In this document: positions 1-9,213 of the stretch, piece by piece
How positions within the stretch are numbered: position 1 is the stretch's first letter
How the letters are laid out: every line of letters begins with the position of its first letter
Source of the DNA: an uncultured Lachnospiraceae bacterium
GTDB taxonomy: Bacteria > Bacillota > Clostridia > Lachnospirales > Lachnospiraceae
Length of the DNA stretch: 64,000 nucleotides
Direction of reading: 5' to 3'
Assembly: GCA_902788555.1 (NCBI GenBank)
Contig: CADAKQ010000005.1
Location: 7,708-71,707 of the forward strand
Notes under the pieces: model-generated
What the model was told of the DNA's origin: nothing
What the model saw: the letters and a program-made list of their open reading frames with translations, nothing else
The model's database searches: none
Made by a program: the position numbers and the translations under genes

Positions 1-146
1 AGTTTTATAAGAAGGCGAGCGATGAGATTTACATATTGGGAATTGCAAAAAGTAAGAAGGATGCAAATGAGGTTGTTCGTGATATAGTGCAGGATATGTA
101 TGATTCGGATACTGATTTTGATGTGAAAAAATTTTTTGGAATATAG
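1..146 (+). CDS. 3' end of a hypothetical protein (truncated by window edge)
   Basis: Frame 3 is open from the edge: FYKKASDEIYILGIAKSKKDANEVVRDIVQDMYDSDTDFDVKKFFGI, TAG at 144-146, just before the next gene. Confidence 0.6.
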   Translation, partial: FYKKASDEIYILGIAKSKKDANEVVRDIVQDMYDSDTDFDVKKFFGI

Positions 147-149
147 GGA

Positions 150-1124
150 TTGATTATGCTTCATGTGTTATGGGTTATTTTAAAAATAATACTTATAATA
201 CTGGCAATCGTTCTCGGACTGGCTGTTCTTCTGGTTTTACTTGTTTTATTTGCACCAATCAGATATAAAGTGGCAGCAGAATTTGATGATGATATAAGTG
301 TTACTGCAAAGGTCCGGTTTTTGATTGTAAGTATTAATGTTATTTTTGAAAAAAATGAGAAAAAACTGGATACCTTTCTTAGAATTTGCGGAATAAAGCT
401 TAATCCAAAGGACAAAAAAGAAAAACCGAAAAAGGAAAAGAAAAAAAGAAAGAAGGATTCAGAAGCTTTTGACGATTCTGCAGCTTCCGAGGGCTCCCAT
501 GAGTCCGAGAGCTCTATAGCTTCTTTAGATACAGACAGTACATCTTCGGATTTAGACGGCATAAGTGATAATGACCGTTTATCGGATGATGAAGCATCAG
601 ATGAGGGAGAAAAGAAATTTTCCGGACGTATCAAAAGCTTTATGGAAAATGCAAAAAAACTTTCCGAAGAGATGGGTGAGCTTTCCGACAAGACGGAGGA
701 TGAGATAAAGGAAAGTCTTTATCAGAAGCTTGAAAAAAAGGTAAATGCTATTTCTGAAAAGAAGGAAGAAATAGATAAAAAGATTAACCGTTTCCAAAAA
801 TTCTGGAATATGAAATGTACGGTAAAGACGAGGGAGTACATAGGCAAATACCTTATAAGTATATTAAAGCATATCGCACCTAAAAGTATAAAGGGTCGGA
901 TAAGGTATGGCTTTGATGAACCGTGTACGACAGGACAGGTAACGGGATATATCAGCCTATTGCCTTTTGTTTATCAAAAAGGTTTTTCCGTAGAACCGGA
1001 TTTTCGTGAAAAGGTTATGGAAGGAAACGTTACCTTAAAGGGAAGAATAATTCTTGGATATATTGCAAGAATAGCTCTTAAAAGATATATATGGCAGACT
1101 ATTAAGATGGCAAGAAAAATATAA
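150..1124 (+). CDS. DUF2953-like membrane-anchored protein
   Basis: N-terminal TM segment, charged middle, C-terminal YGFDEPCTTG motif; directly upstream of ytfJ. Start may be ATG 156. Confidence 0.65.
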   Translation: MIMLHVLWVILKIILIILAIVLGLAVLLVLLVLFAPIRYKVAAEFDDDISVTAKVRFLIVSINVIFEKNEKKLDTFLRICGIKLNPKDKKEKPKKEKKKRKKDSEAFDDSAASEGSHESESSIASLDTDSTSSDLDGISDNDRLSDDEASDEGEKKFSGRIKSFMENAKKLSEEMGELSDKTEDEIKESLYQKLEKKVNAISEKKEEIDKKINRFQKFWNMKCTVKTREYIGKYLISILKHIAPKSIKGRIRYGFDEPCTTGQVTGYISLLPFVYQKGFSVEPDFREKVMEGNVTLKGRIILGYIARIALKRYIWQTIKMARKI

Positions 1125-1145
1125 TTTTCAGGAGGATTTTATAAA

Positions 1146-1556
1146 ATGGATAATAATTTTAATCAGACAGTTGCTTCATTATTTAACGGAATGGATTCTT
1201 TTCTTTCAACAAAAACAGTTGTTGGAGAGCCTACTAAGATAGGAGATACAATTATACTTCCTTTAGTGGATGTAAACTTTGGCGTTGCAGCAGGTGCTTT
1301 TGCAAAGAAGGAGAAGGGAAGTAATTCTGCTGCAGGAGGTATGGGTGGAAAGATGTCTCCATCAGCAGTTCTTGTTATCCAAAACGGATATGCAAAAATT
1401 GTTACTGCAAAGAGTGAGAGTACCGTCGGAAAAATCTTTGATGCTGTTCCTGAGGTGTTTGACAGGATAAGCAATCTTGTATCAAAGAAAAATCCAGATG
1501 AAGAGGCGGCGGTTGCTGAGGCAGTAGATAATCTCGGAAATGAAGAATTAATATAA
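1146..1556 (+). CDS. ytfJ: YtfJ/GerW family sporulation-germination protein
   Basis: KTVVGEP..IILPLVDVNFG..AGGMGGKMSPSAVLVI family signature; AGGAGG RBS. Confidence 0.8.
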   Translation: MDNNFNQTVASLFNGMDSFLSTKTVVGEPTKIGDTIILPLVDVNFGVAAGAFAKKEKGSNSAAGGMGGKMSPSAVLVIQNGYAKIVTAKSESTVGKIFDAVPEVFDRISNLVSKKNPDEEAAVAEAVDNLGNEELI

Positions 1557-1619
1557 ATTAATTCTTTATTTTGAAAATACAGCATATAATTTTATAAGTA
1601 TTAAATTTAAGTGATGCTT

Positions 1620-1763
1620 ATGAGAGCTTTGATAGGATATGCTATGCTTTTTACGGCGGTAGGTATACTGATTTCTTATTTTATCAGTGGGTTTTGTGAA
1701 TTCCTTATTGTTCTTGTGCTTCTTTTATGTGCATATTTTTTGTTATGTAGGTGCAGGGGATAA
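1620..1763 (+). CDS. small 47-aa two-TM membrane protein (not in ORF track)
   Basis: MRALIGYAMLFTAVGILISYFISGFCEFLIVLVLLLCAYFLLCRCRG*; fills the intergenic gap. Confidence 0.6.
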   Translation: MRALIGYAMLFTAVGILISYFISGFCEFLIVLVLLLCAYFLLCRCRG

Positions 1764-1801
1764 GGTGAATATTTTAGGCGGTTACAAGTGAGGTGTTTAC
1801 A

Positions 1802-2470
1802 ATGAGTATGGCTACAGATGATATGAGCATGGAGCTTTTGATGAATTCGGATAATCCTGAAGCCATCCTGAAGGATATGCAGCCATTTATCATCCTGATG
1901 ATGTATTATGAATGTGCACTGATGGAGATAGAAACAAAATTAAAGGTTCTTAACAATGAATTTGCATTGCAGCATAACAGAAATCCGTTTGAATCAATCA
2001 AATGCAGGATTAAGAAGCCTATAAGTATTATAGAAAAGATGAAGAAAAAAAATCTTGATATAACTATTGAAAATATCGAGAATAATCTTACGGATATTGC
2101 GGGAATAAGGGTTATATGTTCTTTTCCCGAGGATATTTATACCGTTTCCGAGCTTTTATCAAAGCAGGATGATATAAACGTTGTACAGATAAAGGATTAC
2201 ATAAGAAATCCAAAATCAAACGGCTACAGGAGTCTTCATCTTATAGTTGAAGTACCTATATTTTTATCAAATCAGAAAAAGTATATGAAGGTCGAGGTTC
2301 AGTTCAGAACTATTGCTATGGATTTTTGGGCGAGTCTTGACCACAAGCTCAAATATAAAAGAGATAATTTGAAGCATCCCGAGATTATAGCCCAGGAATT
2401 AAAAAAATGTGCCGATATGGTAACGGCTATGGACTATAAGATGCAGGAAATACGAAATATGCTTGAATAA
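1802..2470 (+). CDS. small alarmone synthetase (RelA/SpoT SYNTH domain, RelP/RelQ-like)
   Basis: RIKKPISIIEK, DIAGIRVIC, GYRSLHLIV, EVQFRTIAMDFWASLDH motifs. Confidence 0.9.
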   Translation: MSMATDDMSMELLMNSDNPEAILKDMQPFIILMMYYECALMEIETKLKVLNNEFALQHNRNPFESIKCRIKKPISIIEKMKKKNLDITIENIENNLTDIAGIRVICSFPEDIYTVSELLSKQDDINVVQIKDYIRNPKSNGYRSLHLIVEVPIFLSNQKKYMKVEVQFRTIAMDFWASLDHKLKYKRDNLKHPEIIAQELKKCADMVTAMDYKMQEIRNMLE

Positions 2471-2481
2471 CAGGTGAAAAA

Positions 2482-3066
2482 ATGGCAAGAGAAATATGGA
2501 AGCCGGGAAATATGCTTTATCCTGTTCCGGCTGTTATGGTTACTGTTGGAGACAAGGATATAAATAATATTATAACGATAGCATGGACAGGAACGGTAAA
2601 CTCTGATCCTGCAATGGTTTCTATTTCTGTTAGAAAATCCAGATATTCCCATGAGCTTCTTATAAAGTATAGAGAATTTGTGATAAATCTTGTGACAAAA
2701 AAGCTTACAAGAGCTATGGATTTCTGTGGTGTTAAGTCGGGAAAGGATGTCGATAAGTTCCGGGAAACAAAGCTTACCCGAGGTAAGGCTTCAAAGGTTG
2801 CTACACCTATTATTGAAGAAAGTCCGGTAAATATTGAATGCAGGGTAAAAGAGGTTATTCCGCTTGGTTCACATGACATGTTTCTTGCAGAGGTTTTGGC
2901 TGTAGATGTCGATGATACTTATATGGACGAAAAAGGACGTTTTAATATGGAAGCGGCAAATCTTGTTGCGTATTCGCATGGAAGATATTATACACTTGGT
3001 GAAAACATAGGAAGCTTTGGCTATAGTGTTAGAAAGAAAAAATCAAAAAAACGTAATTCAAAATAA
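2482..3066 (+). CDS. flavin reductase-like FMN-binding protein
   Basis: LYPVPAVMVT, ITIAWTG, CGVKSGKDVDKF, LGSHDMFLAEV. Confidence 0.85.
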   Translation: MAREIWKPGNMLYPVPAVMVTVGDKDINNIITIAWTGTVNSDPAMVSISVRKSRYSHELLIKYREFVINLVTKKLTRAMDFCGVKSGKDVDKFRETKLTRGKASKVATPIIEESPVNIECRVKEVIPLGSHDMFLAEVLAVDVDDTYMDEKGRFNMEAANLVAYSHGRYYTLGENIGSFGYSVRKKKSKKRNSK

Positions 3067-3123
3067 TATTTTAAATATTATATAAATTGGTCTGCTCCGG
3101 AGAGGTAGAAAAGGAGCATTAAT

Positions 3124-4674
3124 ATGTTTAGTAAAGTAACAGGAGGCACCGTAATAGGTATAGACGGTGCTTTGATTGGCGTTGAGGCAGATATAAATGA
3201 TGGTCTGCCCATGCTGAATCTCGTCGGTTATCTGTCCTCATCCGTTAAGGAGGCCGGCGAAAGAGTAAGAACTGCGCTTAAAAATTCCGGCTTTTTTTTG
3301 CCGTCAAAGCGTATCACAATCAATTTGTCCCCGGCAGATATAAGGAAATACGGTTCCGGCTTTGACCTTCCGATTGCTATATCCATTGTTTTATCTATGG
3401 GGATAATCCCAAATATTGATTTAACAAAAACAATTATAATCGGAGAGCTTGGATTGGACGGGAGGGTCTCTTTTGTAAACGGAGTGCTACCGATGGTTTA
3501 TCATGCTTTTGAAAATGGCATTGATACCTGTATAGTTCCATATGAAAACATAAATGAGGCCGGACTTATAGAGGGTATGAAGGTTTTTGGAGTGAAAAAT
3601 CTCACTGAAGCAATAGAATTTATACAGGGAAATCTAAAGCTTGAAGCCTATAAAAATACGGAGTGCAGTCTGTCAAATACCTTTCCTGATTATAATTGCG
3701 ATTTTTCCGAAATTAAAGGACAAAAAATATTAAAAAGAGGTATGGAAATTGCTGCTTCCGGTTTTCACAATGTTCTTATGACCGGAGCGGCGGGTGCAGG
3801 AAAATCAATGCTTGCGAAGAGGCTTCCGACTATAATGCCTATGCTTTCGTTTGAGGAAAGCATTGAGGTCACAAAAATCTACAGCATAAGCGGGATGCTT
3901 GATAAAAAAGGCAGGCTGATAACCGAAAGACCTTTTAGAGCGCCTCATCATACTATATCAAACCATGCTCTTATCGGTGGAGGAAGTATTCCCAAGCCGG
4001 GTGAGGTAACATTATCACACAATGGAATACTTTTTCTTGATGAGCTTCCGGAATTTAATAAAAATGTTCTTGAGGTGCTTCGTCAGCCGCTTGAGGATAA
4101 AAAAATAATTATATCAAGAGTGCAGGCGGCTTATGCATTTCCGGCGGATTTTATGCTTGTTGCTGCGATGAATCCCTGTCCTTGCGGAAACTATCCAAAT
4201 TTAAATAAATGCACGTGCACACCATATCAGATAAAAAGATATCAGCAGAAGATAAGCGGACCATTACTTGACAGAATAGATATAAATATGTCCGTAAAGC
4301 CTGTTTTATATGATGATATTTTTTCTGACAGCGTGGAGGAATGTTCAAAGGTAATAAGGGAACGCGTTGTAGAAACAAGACAAATACAAAATAAAAGATA
4401 TAGGGAGGAGAGCATAAGTCTTAATTCGGAGCTTGACGGAAGGCTTATAAAAAAATATATTAAGCTTGATAATGAAGTAGAAGATTATCTTAAAAAATGT
4501 ATAAGTAATAAGGATATATCTGCAAGAGGTATCAGTCGTATATTGCGTCTTTCAAGAACTATAGCTGATATGGAAAAATGCGACAGAATAGGTAAAGAAC
4601 ATCTTAAGGAAGCATTGTTTTATCACAATACACTTGGTGTCTTTGGAAAGGCAGGCGAGTTGTATGAAGGATGA
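3124..4674 (+). CDS. comM: ComM/YifB Mg-chelatase-like AAA+ ATPase
   Basis: INLSPADIRK, Walker A GAAGAGKS, RPFRAPHHT, FLDELPEF, MNPCPCG, ISGPLLDRID; next to dprA. Confidence 0.9.
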   Translation: MFSKVTGGTVIGIDGALIGVEADINDGLPMLNLVGYLSSSVKEAGERVRTALKNSGFFLPSKRITINLSPADIRKYGSGFDLPIAISIVLSMGIIPNIDLTKTIIIGELGLDGRVSFVNGVLPMVYHAFENGIDTCIVPYENINEAGLIEGMKVFGVKNLTEAIEFIQGNLKLEAYKNTECSLSNTFPDYNCDFSEIKGQKILKRGMEIAASGFHNVLMTGAAGAGKSMLAKRLPTIMPMLSFEESIEVTKIYSISGMLDKKGRLITERPFRAPHHTISNHALIGGGSIPKPGEVTLSHNGILFLDELPEFNKNVLEVLRQPLEDKKIIISRVQAAYAFPADFMLVAAMNPCPCGNYPNLNKCTCTPYQIKRYQQKISGPLLDRIDINMSVKPVLYDDIFSDSVEECSKVIRERVVETRQIQNKRYREESISLNSELDGRLIKKYIKLDNEVEDYLKKCISNKDISARGISRILRLSRTIADMEKCDRIGKEHLKEALFYHNTLGVFGKAGELYEG

Positions 4675-5788
4675 AAGAAATGACAGAGACCTGCTTAATC
4701 TGTGGTTTAATAATATTGACCGGGTTGGGGATGTAAGTAAAAGAAAGCTTATTTCTTTAATCGGAAGTATTGAGGATATATATGATGCATCCAAGGAACG
4801 TCTCACGGATATAATCGGTGATGAAAAAGCAAAGGCGATAATTGATTCAAAAAATATGAGCCTTGCACGTGAGCTTAAGTGTATGCTTCGGGAAAAAAAT
4901 ATAAGTATTGTATATCCGGGGCATGAAGATTATCCGCAAAAGCTTCTTAATATGTATGACCCTCCATTAATTTTATATGTAAAAGGTATATTAAAGAAAA
5001 AACTAAATATATATAATATGAATATAGGCATTGTAGGAGCGAGAAAAGCAGGAGTTTACGGAAGAGAGCTTGCTTTGATGTTTGGCAGGGAGCTTGCAAA
5101 AGAAGGGATAAATATTATAAGTGGACTTGCTCTCGGTATAGATGGTATGGCCCATAAGGGAGCACTAATCGGAAACGGATATACTATAGGAGTCCTTGGC
5201 TGCGGAATTGATATCATATATCCACGTGAGAATATGGAGCTTTATTATGAGATAATGCAGCGAGGTGCAATTATATCTGAGTATGGACCGGGGATAATGC
5301 CTAACCCCGGATTCTTCCCGATAAGAAACAGAATTATAAGCGGTCTATCTGATGGGCTTCTTGTAATTGAAGCAAGAAAGAAAAGCGGCTCGCTTATAAG
5401 TGCTGACCTTGCGCTTGAACAGGGAAAACAGATTTATGCCATACCTGGAAGAATTACGGATAAAAACAGTGAGGGGACAAATAATCTGATAAAACAGGGG
5501 GCTATGTGTGTTACATCTCCGATTGATATTATAAATGATCTGAGAGGTATAGCTAAAGAATATGATGAAAGCTTGGAAAAGCATGAAATAAGTACAGTAA
5601 ATAAAAATTCGCTTGCACCTGCCGAAAAAATGTTGTATAGTTGTTTGAGTTTAGAACCTACTTATATTGATGACATAATAAAAAAACTTAAGATGAGTGT
5701 AAGTGACACCATAAACTTACTTTATAATATGGAAGAAAAAGGGCTTATCAAGCAGCCCTTAAAGGGGTATTATATTATTTCGGTGTGA
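4664..5788 (+). CDS. dprA: DNA-processing protein DprA
   Basis: IVGAR, ISGLALGIDG, FPIRNRIISGLS, SGSLISA, C-terminal winged helix. Confidence 0.95.
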   Translation: MKDERNDRDLLNLWFNNIDRVGDVSKRKLISLIGSIEDIYDASKERLTDIIGDEKAKAIIDSKNMSLARELKCMLREKNISIVYPGHEDYPQKLLNMYDPPLILYVKGILKKKLNIYNMNIGIVGARKAGVYGRELALMFGRELAKEGINIISGLALGIDGMAHKGALIGNGYTIGVLGCGIDIIYPRENMELYYEIMQRGAIISEYGPGIMPNPGFFPIRNRIISGLSDGLLVIEARKKSGSLISADLALEQGKQIYAIPGRITDKNSEGTNNLIKQGAMCVTSPIDIINDLRGIAKEYDESLEKHEISTVNKNSLAPAEKMLYSCLSLEPTYIDDIIKKLKMSVSDTINLLYNMEEKGLIKQPLKGYYIISV

Positions 5789-5819
5789 AATCGGGGATTA
5801 TTATTTAAGGAGCAATGAA

Positions 5820-7793
5820 ATGGCTAAAAATCTTGTTATTGTAGAGTCACCTGCAAAGGCAAAAACAATTAAAAAATTCTTAGGAGCAAATTATGAGGTT
5901 ATAGCCTCAAACGGTCATGTAAGAGACTTACCTAAAAGCCAGATGGGAATAGATTTTAATAACGACTATGAGCCTAAGTATATTACGATAAGAGGTAAAG
6001 GGGATTTACTTTCGGATTTAAGAAAGGAAGTAAAAAAAGCGGATAAGGTATATCTTGCAACCGACCCGGACCGTGAGGGAGAAGCCATATCTTACCACTT
6101 GTCAATTGCCTTAAAACTTGATAAAAAGAAGTATAAGAGGATTACCTTTAATGAGATTACAAAAACAGCAGTTAAGGATTCGATAAAGCACGCACGGGAT
6201 ATTGACATGGATCTTGTGGATGCACAGCAGGCAAGAAGAGTTTTGGACAGAATGGTAGGATATTCGATAAGTCCTCTTTTATGGGAAAAAATAAAAAGGG
6301 GTCTTAGTGCAGGACGAGTTCAGTCTGCTGCCTTAAAGCTTGTGTGTGACAGAGAAAATGAAATAAATGCTTTTGTTCCAAAGGAATACTGGAGTCTTGT
6401 TGCAAAAGTAACAACAGGAAAAAATTTAAAGCCTGTAGAGTTTCACTATTCGGATGAAAAGATGTCCAAACCTAAGCTTGATGAGGTAAAGGCTGCCGTA
6501 GAGGGTAAAAAGTTAATTGTTGATAGTATTAAAAAAAGCGAAAAGTCAAAGAAATCACCTCTTCCGTTTACTACGAGTACTCTTCAGCAGGATGCAGGTA
6601 CAAAGCTTAATTTTTCGACCAGTAAAACGATGAGAATAGCTCAACAGTTATATGAAGGAGTAGATGTTAAGGGTAGAGGAACGATAGGTCTTATCACATA
6701 CCTTAGAACAGATTCAACCAGAATATCTGATGAGGCGGATATGGCTGCAAAAAATTATATTACAGAAAAATTCGGCGAGAATTACGTAGGTAATCTAAAG
6801 GCTTCCAAGACCGACAAAAAGATACAGGATGCACATGAGGCAATCAGACCTACGGATGTAACGCTATCGCCTGTTATATTGAAGGATCAGCTTTCAAGAG
6901 AACAGTTCAGACTTTATCAGCTTATATATAACAGATTTTTGGCAAGCCGTATGAGTGATGCTGTATATGAGACCAATACCGTTACGCTTAAGGCAGAAAC
7001 CAAAAAGGGTGATTATAAGTTTAAGGCATCTTCCACAAAGGTTAAATTTGAAGGCTTTCTGGCTGTTTATAAGCCGGAGGATGAAGAAAAGGAAAATACC
7101 AAACTTAGCAATATAAATGAAAAGGATGTACTTTCGGTTTCCGAATTGGAAGAAAAGCAGCACTTTACGCAGCCACCGGCGCATTATACTGAAAGTCTTC
7201 TTGTAAGAACCATGGAAGAGCTTGGTATCGGAAGACCTTCTACCTATGCACCTACTATTTCAACTCTTTTAAACAGAAGATATATAGTAAAGGAAAGCAG
7301 AAATTTATATATGACGGAGCTTGGTGAGGCTGTAAATGAGATTATGAACATAGCATTTCCGGAGATTGTTGATACGAATTTTACTGCCAATATTGAGTCA
7401 CTTCTTGATGATATTGAAACAGGTAATATTGACTGGAAGGTTGTTGTAAGAAATTTCTATCCTGATTTAAAGGAATCCGTGGATAATGCTCAAAAAGAAT
7501 TGGAGCATATCAAGATTGAGGATGAGGTGTCTGATACACAATGCGAGCTTTGTGGAAGAATGATGGTTATAAAATATGGCTCGCATGGCAAGTTTTTAGC
7601 ATGCCCGGGCTTCCCGGAGTGCAAAAATACCAAGCCTTATTTTGAAAAAACAGGTGTTAAATGTCCAAAGTGTAATGCCGATATAGTTATTAAGAAGACG
7701 AGGAAGGGTAGAAGATACTATGGCTGTGTCAACAACCCTGAATGTGACTATATGTCATGGTCTAAGCCGCAGACAGAAAATATTTCGTCATAA
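5820..7793 (+). CDS. topA: type I DNA topoisomerase
   Basis: LVIVESPAKAK, ATDPDREGE, SAGRVQS, ITYLRTDS, C-terminal Zn ribbons. Confidence 0.97.
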   Translation: MAKNLVIVESPAKAKTIKKFLGANYEVIASNGHVRDLPKSQMGIDFNNDYEPKYITIRGKGDLLSDLRKEVKKADKVYLATDPDREGEAISYHLSIALKLDKKKYKRITFNEITKTAVKDSIKHARDIDMDLVDAQQARRVLDRMVGYSISPLLWEKIKRGLSAGRVQSAALKLVCDRENEINAFVPKEYWSLVAKVTTGKNLKPVEFHYSDEKMSKPKLDEVKAAVEGKKLIVDSIKKSEKSKKSPLPFTTSTLQQDAGTKLNFSTSKTMRIAQQLYEGVDVKGRGTIGLITYLRTDSTRISDEADMAAKNYITEKFGENYVGNLKASKTDKKIQDAHEAIRPTDVTLSPVILKDQLSREQFRLYQLIYNRFLASRMSDAVYETNTVTLKAETKKGDYKFKASSTKVKFEGFLAVYKPEDEEKENTKLSNINEKDVLSVSELEEKQHFTQPPAHYTESLLVRTMEELGIGRPSTYAPTISTLLNRRYIVKESRNLYMTELGEAVNEIMNIAFPEIVDTNFTANIESLLDDIETGNIDWKVVVRNFYPDLKESVDNAQKELEHIKIEDEVSDTQCELCGRMMVIKYGSHGKFLACPGFPECKNTKPYFEKTGVKCPKCNADIVIKKTRKGRRYYGCVNNPECDYMSWSKPQTENISS

Positions 7794-7807
7794 ATTGATA
7801 TTTTTTG

Positions 7808-7836
7808 TTGATGAAAAACACATTATATGGTAGTAT
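7808..7836 (+). promoter_or_regulatory. putative sigma-A promoter of the flgB operon
   Basis: TTGATG-17 nt-TAGTAT with TG extended -10. Confidence 0.5.
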
Positions 7837-7911
7837 ATAGTGTGAGCGAGCACAAAATACAATATTATTCATTGATACATGCTGCTGAAACGGACTTTCG
7901 CAGTATATATG

Positions 7912-7956
7912 ACAAAAGGATTTGTGAGTGTTCTCATAAATCCTTTTTGTGCTTTG
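7912..7956 (+). terminator. terminator-like hairpin in the flgB leader
   Basis: AAAAGGATTTGTGAG-TGTT-CTCATAAATCCTTTT followed by TGTGCTTT. Confidence 0.55.
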
Positions 7957-7999
7957 TGTGATTATGTAGCTTATCCTATGATAAGAGAAAGGTAAAAAA

Positions 8000-8401
8000 A
8001 TGATTAATACGGACATCTACAATTATATCAATATTCTTGATAAGGCAGCAGATGCGGCAAATATGAGAAATGAGCTTATTTCAAATAATATTGCCAATGT
8101 ATCAACGCCTAATTATAAAAGAAAGGACATAGACTTTGAATCTGTTCTTCAGGCAGAGCTCGCAGGCGGAAGAACACTCAATCAAAGTGTTAATATGGCA
8201 AATAAAGATTTGTCCGTTTTAGACGTGCAGGTTTTTACCGATAATTCCAATCTGTCTTACAGGCTTGACGGAAACAACGTGGATATCAGTACGGAGGAGG
8301 CATATCTTGCGGAAAATACTATTCGTTATCAGCTTTTGATTGATCAGATGAATCAGGAATTTTCAAGATATCAGACAGTGCTTTCTTCATCTTCATCATA
8401 G
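8000..8401 (+). CDS. flgB: flagellar basal-body rod protein FlgB
   Basis: ISNNIANVSTPNYKRKD; RLDGNNVD. Confidence 0.95.
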   Translation: MINTDIYNYINILDKAADAANMRNELISNNIANVSTPNYKRKDIDFESVLQAELAGGRTLNQSVNMANKDLSVLDVQVFTDNSNLSYRLDGNNVDISTEEAYLAENTIRYQLLIDQMNQEFSRYQTVLSSSSS

Positions 8402-8413
8402 GAGGTATAATAA

Positions 8414-8851
8414 ATGAGTGTTTTTTCTTCAATGAATGTTGCTGCTACAGGCATGACCGCACAGCAGCTTAGAATGGATGTTATTTCTCAAAATATTGCC
8501 AATGCAAGTACCACAAGAACCGAGGATGGAACTGCATACAGAAGAAAGACAGTATATTTTGAGGAAAAAGCAACAACATCCTTTGACAATATCTTAAATG
8601 GATATATGACAAACTATCAGCCAAACGGTGTTAAGGTAACTCATATAGTTGAGGATCCGTCTGATTTAAGGCTTGTATATGAGCCGGACAATCCGGATGC
8701 AAATGAGGAAGGTTACGTAGAGTATCCTAATGTCGATACCGTAACCGAGATGACTAACCTCATAGATGCAAGCCGTGCATATGAGGCCAATATAACCTCA
8801 TTTAATTCAGCAAAGTCTATTGCTGAAAAAGGTATGGAGCTGTTTGGTTAA
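8414..8851 (+). CDS. flgC: flagellar basal-body rod protein FlgC
   Basis: ISQNIANASTT; YVEYPNVD..EM..ASRAYEAN. Confidence 0.95.
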   Translation: MSVFSSMNVAATGMTAQQLRMDVISQNIANASTTRTEDGTAYRRKTVYFEEKATTSFDNILNGYMTNYQPNGVKVTHIVEDPSDLRLVYEPDNPDANEEGYVEYPNVDTVTEMTNLIDASRAYEANITSFNSAKSIAEKGMELFG

Positions 8852-8874
8852 TAGTATGATGGAGGTTGATACAT

Positions 8875-9192
8875 ATGTCTATAACGCCGGTTGAATTATA
8901 CGGAAATGATTTTAATATAAACAGTATTTATGATGGACATAAGGTTTCATCAGATAGTACAAAAACTTCTTTTGACAGCATTCTTTCTGCGGCAGTTGAT
9001 ATGTATAAGGAAACAGATTCATATCAGAAGGCTGCGGAAGCAGAGGAGATAAGCTTTGCACTTGGATATACGGACAGTGTAAATGATTTGGCTTTGGCAC
9101 AGAGAAAAGCCAATATATCACTTCAATATACTGTGCGTGTTACAAATGCAGTTGTATCTGCATATAAAGAGCTTATGAATATGCAGTTATAG
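8875..9192 (+). CDS. fliE: hook-basal body protein FliE
   Basis: C-terminal KANISLQ..V.N.VVSAYKELMNMQL; position. Confidence 0.9.
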   Translation: MSITPVELYGNDFNINSIYDGHKVSSDSTKTSFDSILSAAVDMYKETDSYQKAAEAEEISFALGYTDSVNDLALAQRKANISLQYTVRVTNAVVSAYKELMNMQL

Positions 9193-9213
9193 CATTAATA
9201 TACGGAGGAACTT

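Noticed and set aside
7841-7999. c-di-GMP-I riboswitch or invertible flagellar switch upstream of flgB
   Set aside because: No GGCAAA/GCAAAGC-type consensus, and no flanking IR pair or recombinase seen.
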